Below are positions 20,123 through 31,134 of a stretch of 37,530 bases of DNA, piece after piece. The position numbers were made by a program, and so were the translations under genes. The notes under the pieces were generated by a model. The model worked only from the letters and a program-made list of their open reading frames with translations. It was not told the DNA's origin and made no database searches. Source of the stretch: an uncultured Clostridia bacterium (lineage in GTDB: Bacteria > Bacillota > Clostridia > UBA1381); contig CALXSX010000121.1 of the NCBI GenBank assembly GCA_944391265.1, positions 1 to 37,530 of the forward strand, in the 5' to 3' direction. Within the stretch, counting starts at the first letter, position 1, and the number at the start of each line of letters is the position of its first letter.

Positions 20123-20491
20123 GTGATTAAAGTGAGTAAAAAAACAGGTATTGTGGCAGCATCAGCGGCAATTGTAATTTTTGCTGTATCATTTTTAATT
20201 GGTGTGTTCATGGCTTCAGAAAACGATGATATCAGTAAATCTGAATTCCCTTCTCCGGCTCCGTCTGAAACACAGGTGATTTCACCGACCACTGTTCCTG
20301 AAGAACGCGATATTTACAAAATAGTGCTGGAATCAAGCTCTTTAATATTGTATAAAAATGACCAGGAGATAAAAAGAATTACGGTAAGTCCTGAGGTATT
20401 TCCGTCAGCCGATGTAAATCTTTTATCTAATGGTATTGTGTATGATGATTATGAAGCGGCGCTTGTTGATTGGGAAAGTTTATCAAGTTAA
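20123..20491 (+). CDS. Hypothetical small membrane-anchored protein
   Basis: One N-terminal TM helix and no recognisable catalytic motif. The likely start is the GTG at 20132, preceded by GGAAGGTGA. Confidence 0.4.
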   Translation: MIKVSKKTGIVAASAAIVIFAVSFLIGVFMASENDDISKSEFPSPAPSETQVISPTTVPEERDIYKIVLESSSLILYKNDQEIKRITVSPEVFPSADVNLLSNGIVYDDYEAALVDWESLSS

Positions 20492-20583
20492 TAAAAAATA
20501 AAGAAAATATGAGAAAAAAAGAGAAAACTAGAGAAATAGAGACTTATTTTATATTATTGGCTTCATGCTGATTCAGACAGAAT

Positions 20584-20612
20584 TTGCCTATTTTGCAAAA
20601 AAAGTTCATAAT
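20584..20612 (+). promoter_or_regulatory. groESL promoter
   Basis: TTGCCT-17 nt-CATAAT, immediately upstream of CIRCE. Confidence 0.6.
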
Positions 20613-20616
20613 ATTG

Positions 20617-20643
20617 TTAGCACTCAAGGTGAACGAGTGCTAA
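20617..20643 (+). promoter_or_regulatory. CIRCE operator (HrcA binding site)
   Basis: Perfect match to TTAGCACTC-N9-GAGTGCTAA (TTAGCACTCaaggtgaacGAGTGCTAA), 31 nt upstream of groES. Confidence 0.95.
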
Positions 20644-20673
20644 CAACGGCGATTTTTAAGGAGGAGATATATA

Positions 20674-20958
20674 ATGAAGATCAAACCATTGGCTGACAGG
20701 GTTGTCATTAAAATGTGTGAGGCTGAAGAAGTCACTAAAGGCGGTATCATTTTAACAAATGCTGCGAAGGAAAAGCCGCAGGTTGCAGAAGTCGTTGAGG
20801 TCGGACCGGGCGGAATGGTTGACGGCAAGGAGATAAAGATGACTGTTACAAAGGGTGATAAGGTTCTTATTTCCGAGTACGCCGGAACAAAGGTAAAGCT
20901 TGACGGCGAAGAATATGTTATTGTAAGACAAAACGATATTCTTGCAATTGTTGAATGA
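20674..20958 (+). CDS. groES: Co-chaperonin GroES
   Basis: The 94-aa product reads MKIKPLADRVVIK..GGIILT, with a GGAGGAG RBS. Confidence 0.95.
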   Translation: MKIKPLADRVVIKMCEAEEVTKGGIILTNAAKEKPQVAEVVEVGPGGMVDGKEIKMTVTKGDKVLISEYAGTKVKLDGEEYVIVRQNDILAIVE

Positions 20959-20969
20959 TTTGGAGGTAG

Positions 20970-22601
<1,632 letters not shown>

Positions 22602-22619
22602 TAATAAAAAAATATTGTG

Positions 22620-22652
22620 CGGCTGTAGACGTGTGTTTACAGCCGTATTTTT
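22620..22652 (+). terminator. groEL terminator
   Basis: CGGCTGTA-loop-TACAGCCG followed by TATTTTT. Confidence 0.75.
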
Positions 22653-22683
22653 AATAAAAAAAACGACCCGTAAAGGGTCGTTT
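22653..22683 (-). terminator. Terminator of the OB-fold gene
   Basis: On the minus strand, AAACGACCC-tttac-GGGTCGTTT is followed by T8. Confidence 0.8.
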
Positions 22684-22695
22684 GCTGTTTTTATG

Positions 22696-23382
22696 CTATT
22701 CAATTGTAAACCCCGTATTAGAATCATAATCCTCTGAGGGCTGCGCATCTCCAAGCTGATCAGTGTTTTCGACTTTTTCAAGCCGATTTACAGATACTTC
22801 GTATGCAGTTTTTGTTACTACCTCATCTTCGGAGAGCTTTTTCTGGTACGTCCTTGACTGGATTCTTCCCCAGACGCGAATGTTTTCTCCTACCTCAAAG
22901 CTTTTGCTGTACCTGGCGTTTCTTCCCCAGGCGATAATTGGAATATAGTCTGATTTGTTGTATGTTCTGTTGACTGCGAGGAGCATATCCGTTATCTCTC
23001 TGCCGAAGGGCGTTGTCCTGTAAACAGGCGCCTTGCATATATACCCGTCCAGATATAGCTGATTCGGGTTTTTCGGCGCATCTTCATCGTAAGGTATTAT
23101 ATCCTTGGCAAAAACCGTCAGTATGAGTTTGTTGGTATTCTCGTCTGTGCTGTTGTATGACCTGAACTGACCGTTGATTTCTACTGATGAGCCTTTTTCG
23201 CATTTGCAGTCAAAAAGAAGTCTTTCCGATGTCAAAACCTTTATCAGGTCGTATGTTCCGCTCAGACGCGGCACCTTAAGCGTAAATATGTAAAATTTTT
23301 CACCATAGACCTGATGGCTGAAAGACAATTCGTCATCGACAGTCCCAACCAAAGTTGCCTGATTATTCCCGTTGTACTCCAT
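22696..23382 (-). CDS. SSB-like protein with two tandem OB folds
   Basis: Shows an internal repeat. Residues about 7-95 read NQATLVGTV..HQVYGEKFYIFTLKVPRLSGTYDLIKV..GSSVEINGQFRSY. Residues about 107-200 read NQLYLDGYICKAPVYRTTPFGREITDMLLAVNR..DYIPIIAWGRNA..VGENIRVWGRIQSRTY..TAYEVSV. The second repeat fits the classical SSB OB pattern. The gene is monocistronic with its own terminator. Confidence 0.6.
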   Translation of the reverse strand: MEYNGNNQATLVGTVDDELSFSHQVYGEKFYIFTLKVPRLSGTYDLIKVLTSERLLFDCKCEKGSSVEINGQFRSYNSTDENTNKLILTVFAKDIIPYDEDAPKNPNQLYLDGYICKAPVYRTTPFGREITDMLLAVNRTYNKSDYIPIIAWGRNARYSKSFEVGENIRVWGRIQSRTYQKKLSEDEVVTKTAYEVSVNRLEKVENTDQLGDAQPSEDYDSNTGFTIE

Positions 23383-23539
23383 TTGATAATCCTCCTGTTT
23401 GTTATTCGTATCATCAGGATACTACTTAAGTATTTTTATATATAATTATATATATGTTATCGAAAATAGTTTTATGATAAAAATCGGAAAATTTTTATGA
23501 ATATACTAAAGTAATCCTGTGTGATATTTATAAAAAAAC

Positions 23540-23568
23540 TTGACATAAAGTTAATAGCATAGTAAAAT
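23540..23568 (+). promoter_or_regulatory. folC promoter
   Basis: TTGACA-17 nt-TAAAAT, about 110 nt upstream of the start codon. Confidence 0.6.
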
Positions 23569-23680
23569 TATCTTTAGCTTAAGTATACGCCAGAAAAATT
23601 ATCAAGTCAATAGATTTTTGATATAGTTAACAAAAAAGAAACAAATAATATACATTTTTTAAGGATGGAGAGCGATAAAA

Positions 23681-24919
23681 GTGACATATGAGCAGGCGGT
23701 AAACTATATACATTCATCACCTAAATTTCCTAAAAAACCAGGTAATGCGCCGCTGCTGAAAATTTTGAATGAATTTGGGAATCCGCAGGACAAGCTTAAG
23801 TATGTGCATGTTGCAGGAACCAATGGCAAGGGCTCTGTATGCGCTATGACGGAGTCTGTTTTACGCAGGTGTGGCTATAAAACGGGATTGTTTACATCGC
23901 CGTATATTGAGGAATTTGGAGAGAGGATAAGAGTTTGCGGCGAAATGATAAGCGGAGATGAGCTTGCTGAAATAACGTCGGAGGTAAAGGGCTGCATGGA
24001 AAAAACAGGTGTGTATTTACCTGAATTTTCACTGATTTTTGCAATTGCCGCAATATATTTTGAGCGCTGCTCGTGCGAAGTTGTAATCCTCGAAACGGGA
24101 CTGGGAGGCAGACTTGACGCTACGAACGCGATAAAAACACCGCTTGTGTGCGCAATCACATCTATAGGATACGACCATATGCAGTACCTTGGGAATACAA
24201 TAGAAGAGATATGTTCGGAAAAGTGCGGCATAATAAAGGAAAACTCATCTGTTGTACTTTATCCCGTTCAGAAAGACGCTGTTTTCAGAGTAGTTTCAGA
24301 GTTTTGCAAAAGGGAAAATGCTGAATTGATAGTACCTCAGCTGCCGGAAATTAATACCGATAATACGTTTTCATATGACGGGCGGAAATACAAACTTTCC
24401 CTGGAAGGGGATTTTCAGGCGTATAATGCCGTCGTAGCCATTGAGGTGCTGAGGACGCTGTCTCAGGTTGGGTATACTATAAGCTTCCGTGATGTATACG
24501 ACGGTCTTGCTGATACATTTTGGCCGGCAAGGCTCGAATGGGTTAGTGACAACATAATAATAGACGGATGCCATAACGAGGACGGGGCAGCCGCTTTTGC
24601 CAGAGAACTGAAAAAGGAAAAAAGAAGTACAACTATTGTGTTTTGCGCAATGAAGGACAAGGATGTTGATTCAATAATAAAAATTTTATGCACTTTAGGG
24701 TGCAAAATAATAATAACTGAACTTGATATGGCGAGGTCGTTTGACTCATTTGAGCTCGCAGAGAAGTTTTCCGGCTACGGAATCACTGCCGATATTGTGC
24801 GCAATCCGTCAGAGGCGGTAATGCGCGCGCTTTCACAATCAGATGTTTGTGCCGTTTGCGGTTCTCTGTACCTTGCCGGCGAGGTGAGAAAAAAATATGC
24901 AAAAAAGCATTTGCATTGA
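23681..24919 (+). CDS. folC: Folylpolyglutamate synthase / dihydrofolate synthase
   Basis: GTG start with an AAGGATGGAG RBS. Has the Mur-ligase P-loop HVAGTNGKGS and a FolC-like N-terminus (TYEQAVNYIH). Confidence 0.88.
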   Translation: MTYEQAVNYIHSSPKFPKKPGNAPLLKILNEFGNPQDKLKYVHVAGTNGKGSVCAMTESVLRRCGYKTGLFTSPYIEEFGERIRVCGEMISGDELAEITSEVKGCMEKTGVYLPEFSLIFAIAAIYFERCSCEVVILETGLGGRLDATNAIKTPLVCAITSIGYDHMQYLGNTIEEICSEKCGIIKENSSVVLYPVQKDAVFRVVSEFCKRENAELIVPQLPEINTDNTFSYDGRKYKLSLEGDFQAYNAVVAIEVLRTLSQVGYTISFRDVYDGLADTFWPARLEWVSDNIIIDGCHNEDGAAAFARELKKEKRSTTIVFCAMKDKDVDSIIKILCTLGCKIIITELDMARSFDSFELAEKFSGYGITADIVRNPSEAVMRALSQSDVCAVCGSLYLAGEVRKKYAKKHLH

Positions 24920-25021
24920 ACTTTAAATATGTGAGAATCATGAATTTTGTTTTGTTGTTATTGAAAAAATTTACGTTTTGTGCTATGCTGATATTGCAAA
25001 TATAAATGCGGAGGTTGTCAA

Positions 25022-25264
25022 ATGTTATCTCTAAGCGCGCTCAGAGACGGAGAAAAAGCTGTCATAGTAAGTATAAATACGCACGGGAGATTAAAGAGGA
25101 GATTGCTTGATATGGGGATAGTTCCCGGCACAGAGGTCACGCTCGTGCGCCGTGCTCCAATAGGCGATCCAATTGAGTTTTATGTGCTTGGATACAGGCT
25201 TGGCCTTAGAAAAAAGGATGCTGAAAATATATTATGCGAGCAGGGGAGCAGTGTACGTGAATAA
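25022..25264 (+). CDS. feoA: FeoA (small SH3-like ferrous iron transport protein)
   Basis: The 80-aa product has a FeoA pattern (LSALRDGEKAVIVSI..RLLDMGIVPGTEVTLVRRAPIGDPIEF). It overlaps the feoB start by 8 nt. Confidence 0.88.
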   Translation: MLSLSALRDGEKAVIVSINTHGRLKRRLLDMGIVPGTEVTLVRRAPIGDPIEFYVLGYRLGLRKKDAENILCEQGSSVRE

Positions 25265-27302
25265 TAGAAATAATGAATTTGTTTTCGCTCTTGCCGGAAA
25301 CCCAAACAGCGGAAAGACAACATTGTTCAATGAGCTTACGGGCAGCCATTACGAGGTTGGAAACTGGGCAGGAGTTACCGTTGAACGCAGAGAGGGCGTA
25401 TGCAAGTACGTTTATCACAAGCATGAGTCGAGGCTTGATACGCACGAGCACACAAGTGTGCACAAACACGGGGAGATACATAACCACATCAGAATAATTG
25501 ATTTGCCCGGTATTTACTCTCTTTCCCCGTATTCGGCGGAAGAAATAATAACGCGCGACTATATAATGAAAGAAAAACCCGATCTTATCCTGAATATAGT
25601 TGATGCGACAAATCTTGAGAGAAATCTTTATCTTACTACTCAGCTTGCGCATATGGGAATACCGATGGTAGTGGCGCTTAATATGATGGATGCCGTAGAA
25701 AAAAGCGGCGGTAAAATTGACCGCGACAAGCTCGAGGAGATGCTCGGAGTAAGAGTGGTGCCTATATCTGCCGGCAAGGGAACGGGAATTCAGGACCTTG
25801 TTACGGAATCATTGGAAATAGCGTCATCCGGGAAGCTGTGCGGAGTAAATGTAACATTTCCCGATGATATAGAAAAGGCAGTGTCTGAAATTATACGCGA
25901 GGAAAAGACGTCAAGGATGTGTGCCGTGAAACTTGTTGAAGGTGAAAACTGGATAGAGCCGTCTGAGGAAACGAAGAAAATCGTAAGCGGGCTGCGTTCA
26001 AAATATGACGATATATCAACGCTCCTTGCGTCGAGACGGTTTTTGTATATAAGACGAATAGTGAAAACAGTTTTGACCGGAATGGACGATCATCTTGATG
26101 AAATGACAGATAATTTAGACTCACTTGCGGCGCATAAATATCTCGGGATACCGCTTTTTATATTGTTGATGTTCGTTATATTCCAGATAACTTTTGGTCC
26201 GTTCGGCACTATGCTTTCAGACGGAGTAGATTATCTTATTAACGGTGTGTTTTCTTCGTTTGTGGGGCGTTTACTCGAATTTTTCGGAGCGGGGGAATTT
26301 TCCAGAGGTCTTGTACTTGACGGAATTATTTCCGGCGTCGGCGGCGTTGTTACATTTTTCCCGCAGATAATGCTGTTGTTTTTGTTTTTATCGTTTCTTG
26401 AGGACAGCGGATATATGGCGAGAACGGCTTTCATAATGGATAAGCTTTTTGTCAAAATCGGGTTGTCCGGCAAGTCGTTCGTTCCGCTGCTGATGGGGTT
26501 TGGATGCACGGTTCCTGCCGCAATGGCTGCGAGAACTCTCGACAGCGAGAAAGACAGGCGGCTGACAGTCCTTTTGACGCCGTTCATGTCGTGCGGAGCA
26601 AAGATGCCGGTCTATGTTGCAATAGCCGGAGCCGTCTTTGCGGAAAAGGCCGGATACGTCATTTTCGGTCTGTATATGCTCGGAATATTGCTTGCAATAA
26701 TATCAGGCGTGATTTTTTCAAAAACGATTCTTAAGGGAGAAGCTCCGCCGTTTATTCTTGAGCTCCCTCAGTACAGGATGCCGACTCTTAAATCAACATT
26801 CCACCACATGTGGGAAAAGGTAAAGGATTTCCTTGTTCGAGCCGGCACGGTGCTGCTTGCGGCAAGCATAATCATCTATCTTTTGCAAAACCTAACATTT
26901 GGGCTTCAGGTAACAAATGATGAAACAAAGAGCATTATCGGAGTAATAGGAAAGTTCATTTCTCCGGTTTTCGCACCGTGCGGGTTTGGCAGCCCGGAGG
27001 CCGCAATAAGCCTTATTTCAGGGTTTGTTGCAAAGGAAGCTGTTGTTTCAACTATGAGTATACTGTACGGAGCTTCTGATCTGTCAGCGCTTCAGGCAAC
27101 ACTTGCATCACAGCTGACGCCTTTGGCGGGACTTTCGTTTCTTGTGTTTGTGCTTCTTTATGTTCCGTGCATAGCTGCTGTTACTGCAATAAGATCAGAG
27201 CTGAAGTCGGTAAAACTTACTGTTTTTTCCATTGTGTATCAGGTGTGCATTGCGTGGCTGATGTCGTTTTTGGTATATAACATAGGGAGCTTGTTTGTTT
27301 GA
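25257..27302 (+). CDS. feoB: Ferrous iron transporter FeoB (full length)
   Basis: GTG at 25257, 8 nt after GGGGAG; the tracked ORF start at 25173 lies inside feoA. G-domain motifs GNPNSGKTT, DLPG and NMMD, followed by a polytopic permease domain. Confidence 0.9.
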   Translation: MNNRNNEFVFALAGNPNSGKTTLFNELTGSHYEVGNWAGVTVERREGVCKYVYHKHESRLDTHEHTSVHKHGEIHNHIRIIDLPGIYSLSPYSAEEIITRDYIMKEKPDLILNIVDATNLERNLYLTTQLAHMGIPMVVALNMMDAVEKSGGKIDRDKLEEMLGVRVVPISAGKGTGIQDLVTESLEIASSGKLCGVNVTFPDDIEKAVSEIIREEKTSRMCAVKLVEGENWIEPSEETKKIVSGLRSKYDDISTLLASRRFLYIRRIVKTVLTGMDDHLDEMTDNLDSLAAHKYLGIPLFILLMFVIFQITFGPFGTMLSDGVDYLINGVFSSFVGRLLEFFGAGEFSRGLVLDGIISGVGGVVTFFPQIMLLFLFLSFLEDSGYMARTAFIMDKLFVKIGLSGKSFVPLLMGFGCTVPAAMAARTLDSEKDRRLTVLLTPFMSCGAKMPVYVAIAGAVFAEKAGYVIFGLYMLGILLAIISGVIFSKTILKGEAPPFILELPQYRMPTLKSTFHHMWEKVKDFLVRAGTVLLAASIIIYLLQNLTFGLQVTNDETKSIIGVIGKFISPVFAPCGFGSPEAAISLISGFVAKEAVVSTMSILYGASDLSALQATLASQLTPLAGLSFLVFVLLYVPCIAAVTAIRSELKSVKLTVFSIVYQVCIAWLMSFLVYNIGSLFV

Positions 27303-27790
27303 TGGAAAAGAGTTGCAACATGATTAGAAAAATTATATGCTTGGTGTTTGCTGTACTGGTAACGCTGTTTATATTCAATAATTCCATGCAGCCAGCGTCA
27401 GTTTCAAGCGAAAGAAGCTCACGCTTTGTTGAAGCGGCCGTAGAGATTTTGGAGAAGCTTGATATTAAAGCAGATGATTCAGAGCTTAATATTACAAAAA
27501 TAGTGAGAAAATCTGCACATATAGCTGAATTTACGGCACAGGCACTGTTTTTGGGATTGCTTTTTTTGATAGAGCGCCCAGAAAAAAGGAAAAACATACC
27601 GTTAGTCCTTTTTCTCGGACTATTCACGGCCTGTGTTGACGAAGCGCTTCAGCTGTCGTCAGCCGGACGAAGCGCTGAGGTAACAGATGTATTTGTTGAT
27701 TTTTCCGGAACTGTTCTGGCAACATTGGTACTTGCTGTTTGCGGATATATTTTGGAATTGAGGAGAAGGAAGAAAAAATGCGTAAGATAA
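27302..27790 (+). CDS. VanZ-like family membrane protein
   Basis: The ATG overlaps the feoB stop (TGATG). Has four TM segments, KSAHIAEF and DEALQLSSAGRSAEVTDVFVDFSGT, which is the VanZ signature. Confidence 0.7.
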   Translation: MEKSCNMIRKIICLVFAVLVTLFIFNNSMQPASVSSERSSRFVEAAVEILEKLDIKADDSELNITKIVRKSAHIAEFTAQALFLGLLFLIERPEKRKNIPLVLFLGLFTACVDEALQLSSAGRSAEVTDVFVDFSGTVLATLVLAVCGYILELRRRKKKCVR

Positions 27791-28575
27791 TTGATGCTCA
27801 CTGTCATGTTTACCCTGATAAAATTGCCCTTAAAGCATCGGGTGCAACGAGTAGCTTTTATGATATGCCATCGCTTTGTGACGGAAGAGTGGACACACTG
27901 AAGGAAAAAGCAGCTGCTGCCGGTATTGGTACATGTATGATACAATCGGTAGCCACGACGCCGCATCAGGTATCATCTATAAACAATTTTATAGCCAGAA
28001 CAGTGAGTGAAAACAGATGCTTCATAGGCCTTGGCACTCTTCATCCTGACAGCGGCGATCTTGAAGGAGATATTGAAGAATTGCAGGAACTTGGGCTTGT
28101 CGGGGTGAAGCTTCACCCGGATATACAAAAATTTAAAATCGACGATTACAGATGCCTCAAAATATACGAGCTGTGTGAAAAGAAGGGTATACCGATACTG
28201 CTGCATACAGGAGACTCAAGATTTGACTATTCCAATCCAAACAGACTTGTTAACATTCTTGAAATCTACGATAAGCTGACAATAATCGGTGCTCATTTCG
28301 GCGGCTGGTCGCTGTGGAAACAAGCAGCGCAAATGCTTCATTCATTCGAGAATTTTTATGTTGACTCGTCGTCCTCGCTTTATGCCCTGAGCAAAAGCGA
28401 AGCACTTGAAATAATATCGATTTACGGAACTGAGAGAATTCTTTTCGGAAGCGATTATCCCATGTGGGAGCCTGGGGAAGAACTGAGAAGATTTTTGGCA
28501 CTCGGGCTGCCTGAGCATGATGAAAAGAAGATTTTGTTTGAAAACGCAAGTCGTCTTTTCAGTTTGAAAATTTAA
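27778..28575 (+). CDS. Metal-dependent TIM-barrel amidohydrolase (amidohydrolase-2 type)
   Basis: Starts MRKIIDAHCHVYP (HxH motif), and also has GVKLHP, LLHTG and GSDYPM. The ATG at 27778 is preceded by GAGGAGAAGGAAG and overlaps the vanZ-like 3' end. Confidence 0.75.
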   Translation: MRKIIDAHCHVYPDKIALKASGATSSFYDMPSLCDGRVDTLKEKAAAAGIGTCMIQSVATTPHQVSSINNFIARTVSENRCFIGLGTLHPDSGDLEGDIEELQELGLVGVKLHPDIQKFKIDDYRCLKIYELCEKKGIPILLHTGDSRFDYSNPNRLVNILEIYDKLTIIGAHFGGWSLWKQAAQMLHSFENFYVDSSSSLYALSKSEALEIISIYGTERILFGSDYPMWEPGEELRRFLALGLPEHDEKKILFENASRLFSLKI

Positions 28576-28587
28576 TACTGAGATGAT

Positions 28588-28623
28588 AAAAAAGGCCCGC
28601 GGCGATTGCCGCAGGCTTTTTTA
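28588..28623. terminator. Bidirectional terminator (amidohydrolase / ftsH)
   Basis: GCCCGCGGC-gatt-GCCGCAGGC flanked by A6 and T6. Confidence 0.75.
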
Positions 28624-28634
28624 TTAACTTATCT

Positions 28635-30593
28635 TTACTGCTCTGATGAATTGTCCTCTGGCGGCTGAGTTTCCTCAGTCTCACTTTCAGCAGTTTCACC
28701 GCTTTCAAGCGAAGCTTTAACATCGTTGAATATGTCCATAAACTGCTTTCCGGTTATAGTCTCTTTATCAATCAAAAATTCTGATATTTTATCGAGTGCT
28801 TCCCTGTTGTCTTTTAATATTGCAACCGCACGGTCATAGCATGATTGGAGCGTTTTTGAAACCTCAGCATCTATCAAAGTCTGAGTTTCTGCGGAACAGT
28901 TAGAAACTCGTCTTCCATCAAGGTACCTGTTTTGTATGCTTTCAAGAGCCATCATTCCGAATTTGTCGCTCATTCCGTAAAGAGTTATCATGTTTCTCGC
29001 CATTTCCGTTGCGCGCTCTATGTCGTTTGCCGCGCCTGTTGTCTTTATGCCGAAAACTATCTCTTCAGCGGCTCTGCCTGCAAGAAAAACGACAATCTCA
29101 TCAAGCATCTCATCCTTGTTCATGAGATATTTTTCCTCTTCCGGCTTTTGCATAGTGTATCCGAGTGCACCCATTGTCCTTGGAACGATAGTTATTTTTT
29201 GGACAGGGTCGCAGTTTTTGGATACGGCTGTTGCAAGCGCGTGACCGACCTCGTGATATGCCACGATGTGCTTTTCCTGCTCGGAAAGAATTCTGTCCTT
29301 CTTTTCTTTCCCGGCGATGATTACCTCGACCGCCTCCATCAGGTCCTCCTGAGTAACAACATTTCTTCCCAGGCGTACCGCGCGGAGAGCGGCTTCATTT
29401 ACCATGTTTGCAAGGTCTGCTCCTACTGCACCGCTCGTCGCAAGTGCCATGTCGTGCAAATCCACATTGGGAGCTGTCTTTACATTTTTGGCATGAACCC
29501 TAAGTATTGCTTCTCTGCCTTTTAAGTCTGGCTTTTCAACTATTATCCTTCTGTCAAAGCGTCCTGGACGAAGCAGCGCCTTATCAAGTATTTCCGGTCT
29601 GTTTGTCGCCGCAAGAATCACAACACCCTTAGAAGAGTCGAATCCGTCCATTTCGGCAAGAAGCTGATTTAAAGTCTGTTCGCGTTCATCATTGGAGCCT
29701 ATCTGATTATCTCTGCTTTTTCCTATAGCGTCGATTTCGTCGATAAAAATTATGCACGGTGCATTCTGAGACGCCTGTTTGAACAGGTCACGAACCCTCG
29801 ACGCACCCACGCCTACAAACATCTCAACAAATTCCGAACCTGAAAGAGAAAAGAACGGTACGTTTGCCTCACCAGCTACCGCTTTGGCAAGGAGTGTTTT
29901 TCCGGTTCCCGGAGGCCCTACCAAAAGAGCTCCCTTTGGCTGCTTTGCACCTATGGCTGTGTATTTTGAAGGATTGTGAAGAAAATCCACTATTTCGTTA
30001 AGGGATTCCTTGGCTTCCTCCTGGCCTGCCACATCACGGAATGTTATTCCGGTCTTGTTTTGCATATACATTTTCGCTTTTGACTGACCGATACCCATCA
30101 CACCGCCGCCCATTTTTTTAGACAGTGATTTTGAAAGAAGAAAGAACATTCCGTATATGAATACGAGAGGTAAAATCCATGTCAGCAAAAATTCCAGAAA
30201 AGGATTGCTGTACTGTATAGGAGTGGAATACTTTACACCGTGTTGGTCAAGCAAGTCAAAAAGCCTGGGGTCATTCAGATATCCTGTATAATACAGCTCC
30301 CTCTGCTCGCTGTTGCCGACGCCCCACAGCTGCATAAGCTTATCTGTAGTGGACTGTTCCTCTGACGGCTTTTTATATATTTGTATTTTGTCGGCTGTTA
30401 TAATGACCTCTTCAACCTGATCGTCTTCAACCATCTGCATGAAATCCGAATAAAGAATTTCCTGAGCCTTAGGAGCGCTGATGGATGTTATCACAAGGTT
30501 TAAAATAACGGTCGCAACTATTGAAATGATAAGAAAAACTATAAAAGACCGTGCAGGGGGAAGGTTTTTCTTATTGTTGTCGTTATTATTCAT
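28635..30593 (-). CDS. ftsH: ATP-dependent zinc metalloprotease FtsH
   Basis: Has two N-terminal TM helices, Walker A GPPGTGKT, Walker B DEIDA, the SRH, and the HEVGHAL zinc site. The start is set at MNNNDNN, preceded by AGGAGGA. Confidence 0.95.
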   Translation of the reverse strand: MNNNDNNKKNLPPARSFIVFLIISIVATVILNLVITSISAPKAQEILYSDFMQMVEDDQVEEVIITADKIQIYKKPSEEQSTTDKLMQLWGVGNSEQRELYYTGYLNDPRLFDLLDQHGVKYSTPIQYSNPFLEFLLTWILPLVFIYGMFFLLSKSLSKKMGGGVMGIGQSKAKMYMQNKTGITFRDVAGQEEAKESLNEIVDFLHNPSKYTAIGAKQPKGALLVGPPGTGKTLLAKAVAGEANVPFFSLSGSEFVEMFVGVGASRVRDLFKQASQNAPCIIFIDEIDAIGKSRDNQIGSNDEREQTLNQLLAEMDGFDSSKGVVILAATNRPEILDKALLRPGRFDRRIIVEKPDLKGREAILRVHAKNVKTAPNVDLHDMALATSGAVGADLANMVNEAALRAVRLGRNVVTQEDLMEAVEVIIAGKEKKDRILSEQEKHIVAYHEVGHALATAVSKNCDPVQKITIVPRTMGALGYTMQKPEEEKYLMNKDEMLDEIVVFLAGRAAEEIVFGIKTTGAANDIERATEMARNMITLYGMSDKFGMMALESIQNRYLDGRRVSNCSAETQTLIDAEVSKTLQSCYDRAVAILKDNREALDKISEFLIDKETITGKQFMDIFNDVKASLESGETAESETEETQPPEDNSSEQ

Positions 30594-30644
30594 AGTATCC
30601 TCCTGTATCAATAAAAGCAATTTGTTATCGCTTGTTCGAATTAT

Positions 30645-30673
30645 ATTGTATCATTATTTTTGTTTATTTTCAA
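30645..30673 (-). promoter_or_regulatory. ftsH promoter
   Basis: The minus strand reads TTGAAA-17 nt-TACAAT. Confidence 0.6.
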
Positions 30674-30753
30674 TCTTTTTTTGTGTTTTAAAGATTTTTG
30701 ATACAAAATACATAAAAAAACTATTGATTTTTTTGAATTTGTAGGAAAGCAAA

Positions 30754-30780
30754 GCAAAAAAACCGCATGATGATGCGGTT
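30754..30780 (-). terminator. Terminator downstream of tRNA-Leu
   Basis: On the minus strand, AACCGCAT-catc-ATGCGGTT is followed by T7. Confidence 0.75.
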
Positions 30781-30787
30781 ACAAAGG

Positions 30788-30876
30788 TGGTGCCGATGAC
30801 CGGGGTCGAACCGGTACGGGAATTTCTTCCCACGGGATTTTAAGTCCCGGGCGTCTGCCAATTCCGCCACATCGGC
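30788..30876 (-). tRNA. tRNA-Leu (anticodon UAA)
   Basis: The reverse complement reads GCCGATG-TG-D arm-CGGGA CTTAAAA TCCCG-long variable arm-ACCGG TTCGACC CCGGT-CATCGGC-A-CCA. Confidence 0.92.
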
Positions 30877-30900
30877 CTGAATTATTACAAATACCATGTT

Positions 30901-30929
30901 ATTATAACATAGTTCCCGGGCATAGTCAA
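30901..30929 (-). promoter_or_regulatory. tRNA-Leu promoter
   Basis: The minus strand reads TTGACT-17 nt-TATAAT, about 25 nt upstream of the tRNA 5' end. Confidence 0.65.
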
Positions 30930-31056
30930 GAAAATATATCAACAAACAAAGATATTATTTTTTGTTAATTTTGTATATCATATAAAAAAATTATATCATA
31001 AAAACAAAATTATTTGATTTAATTATGAAGAATATGTTAACTATTGACATAGCTTA

Positions 31057-31085
31057 TTGAATAAATGTTTAAAATATGGTATAAT
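31057..31085 (+). promoter_or_regulatory. Citrate synthase promoter
   Basis: TTGAAT-17 nt (including an extended -10 TGg)-TATAAT. Confidence 0.6.
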
Positions 31086-31134
31086 GATATTGTTCAATAT
31101 TCGTAAGAATTTAAACTGAAAGGGAGGAACATCA

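Noticed and set aside
20517-20579. 20-codon ORF (MRKKEKTREIETYFILLASC) upstream of groES
   Set aside because: It has no RBS and lies in a purine-rich, low-complexity stretch, so it is most likely non-coding.
23569-23680. 110-nt folC leader as a possible THF riboswitch
   Set aside because: The leader is AT-rich, has no conserved pseudoknot or three-way-junction helices, and bears no resemblance to the folT motif.
24931-24948. Possible Fur box (GTGAGAATCATGAATTTT) upstream of feoA1
   Set aside because: Only the left half fits TGATAATnATTATCA (about 9 of 14 positions), and it lies upstream of the -35 box rather than over the promoter. The match is too weak to call.
28932-29525. 197-aa plus-strand ORF
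   Set aside because: It is antisense to ftsH, within the AAA and protease domains.
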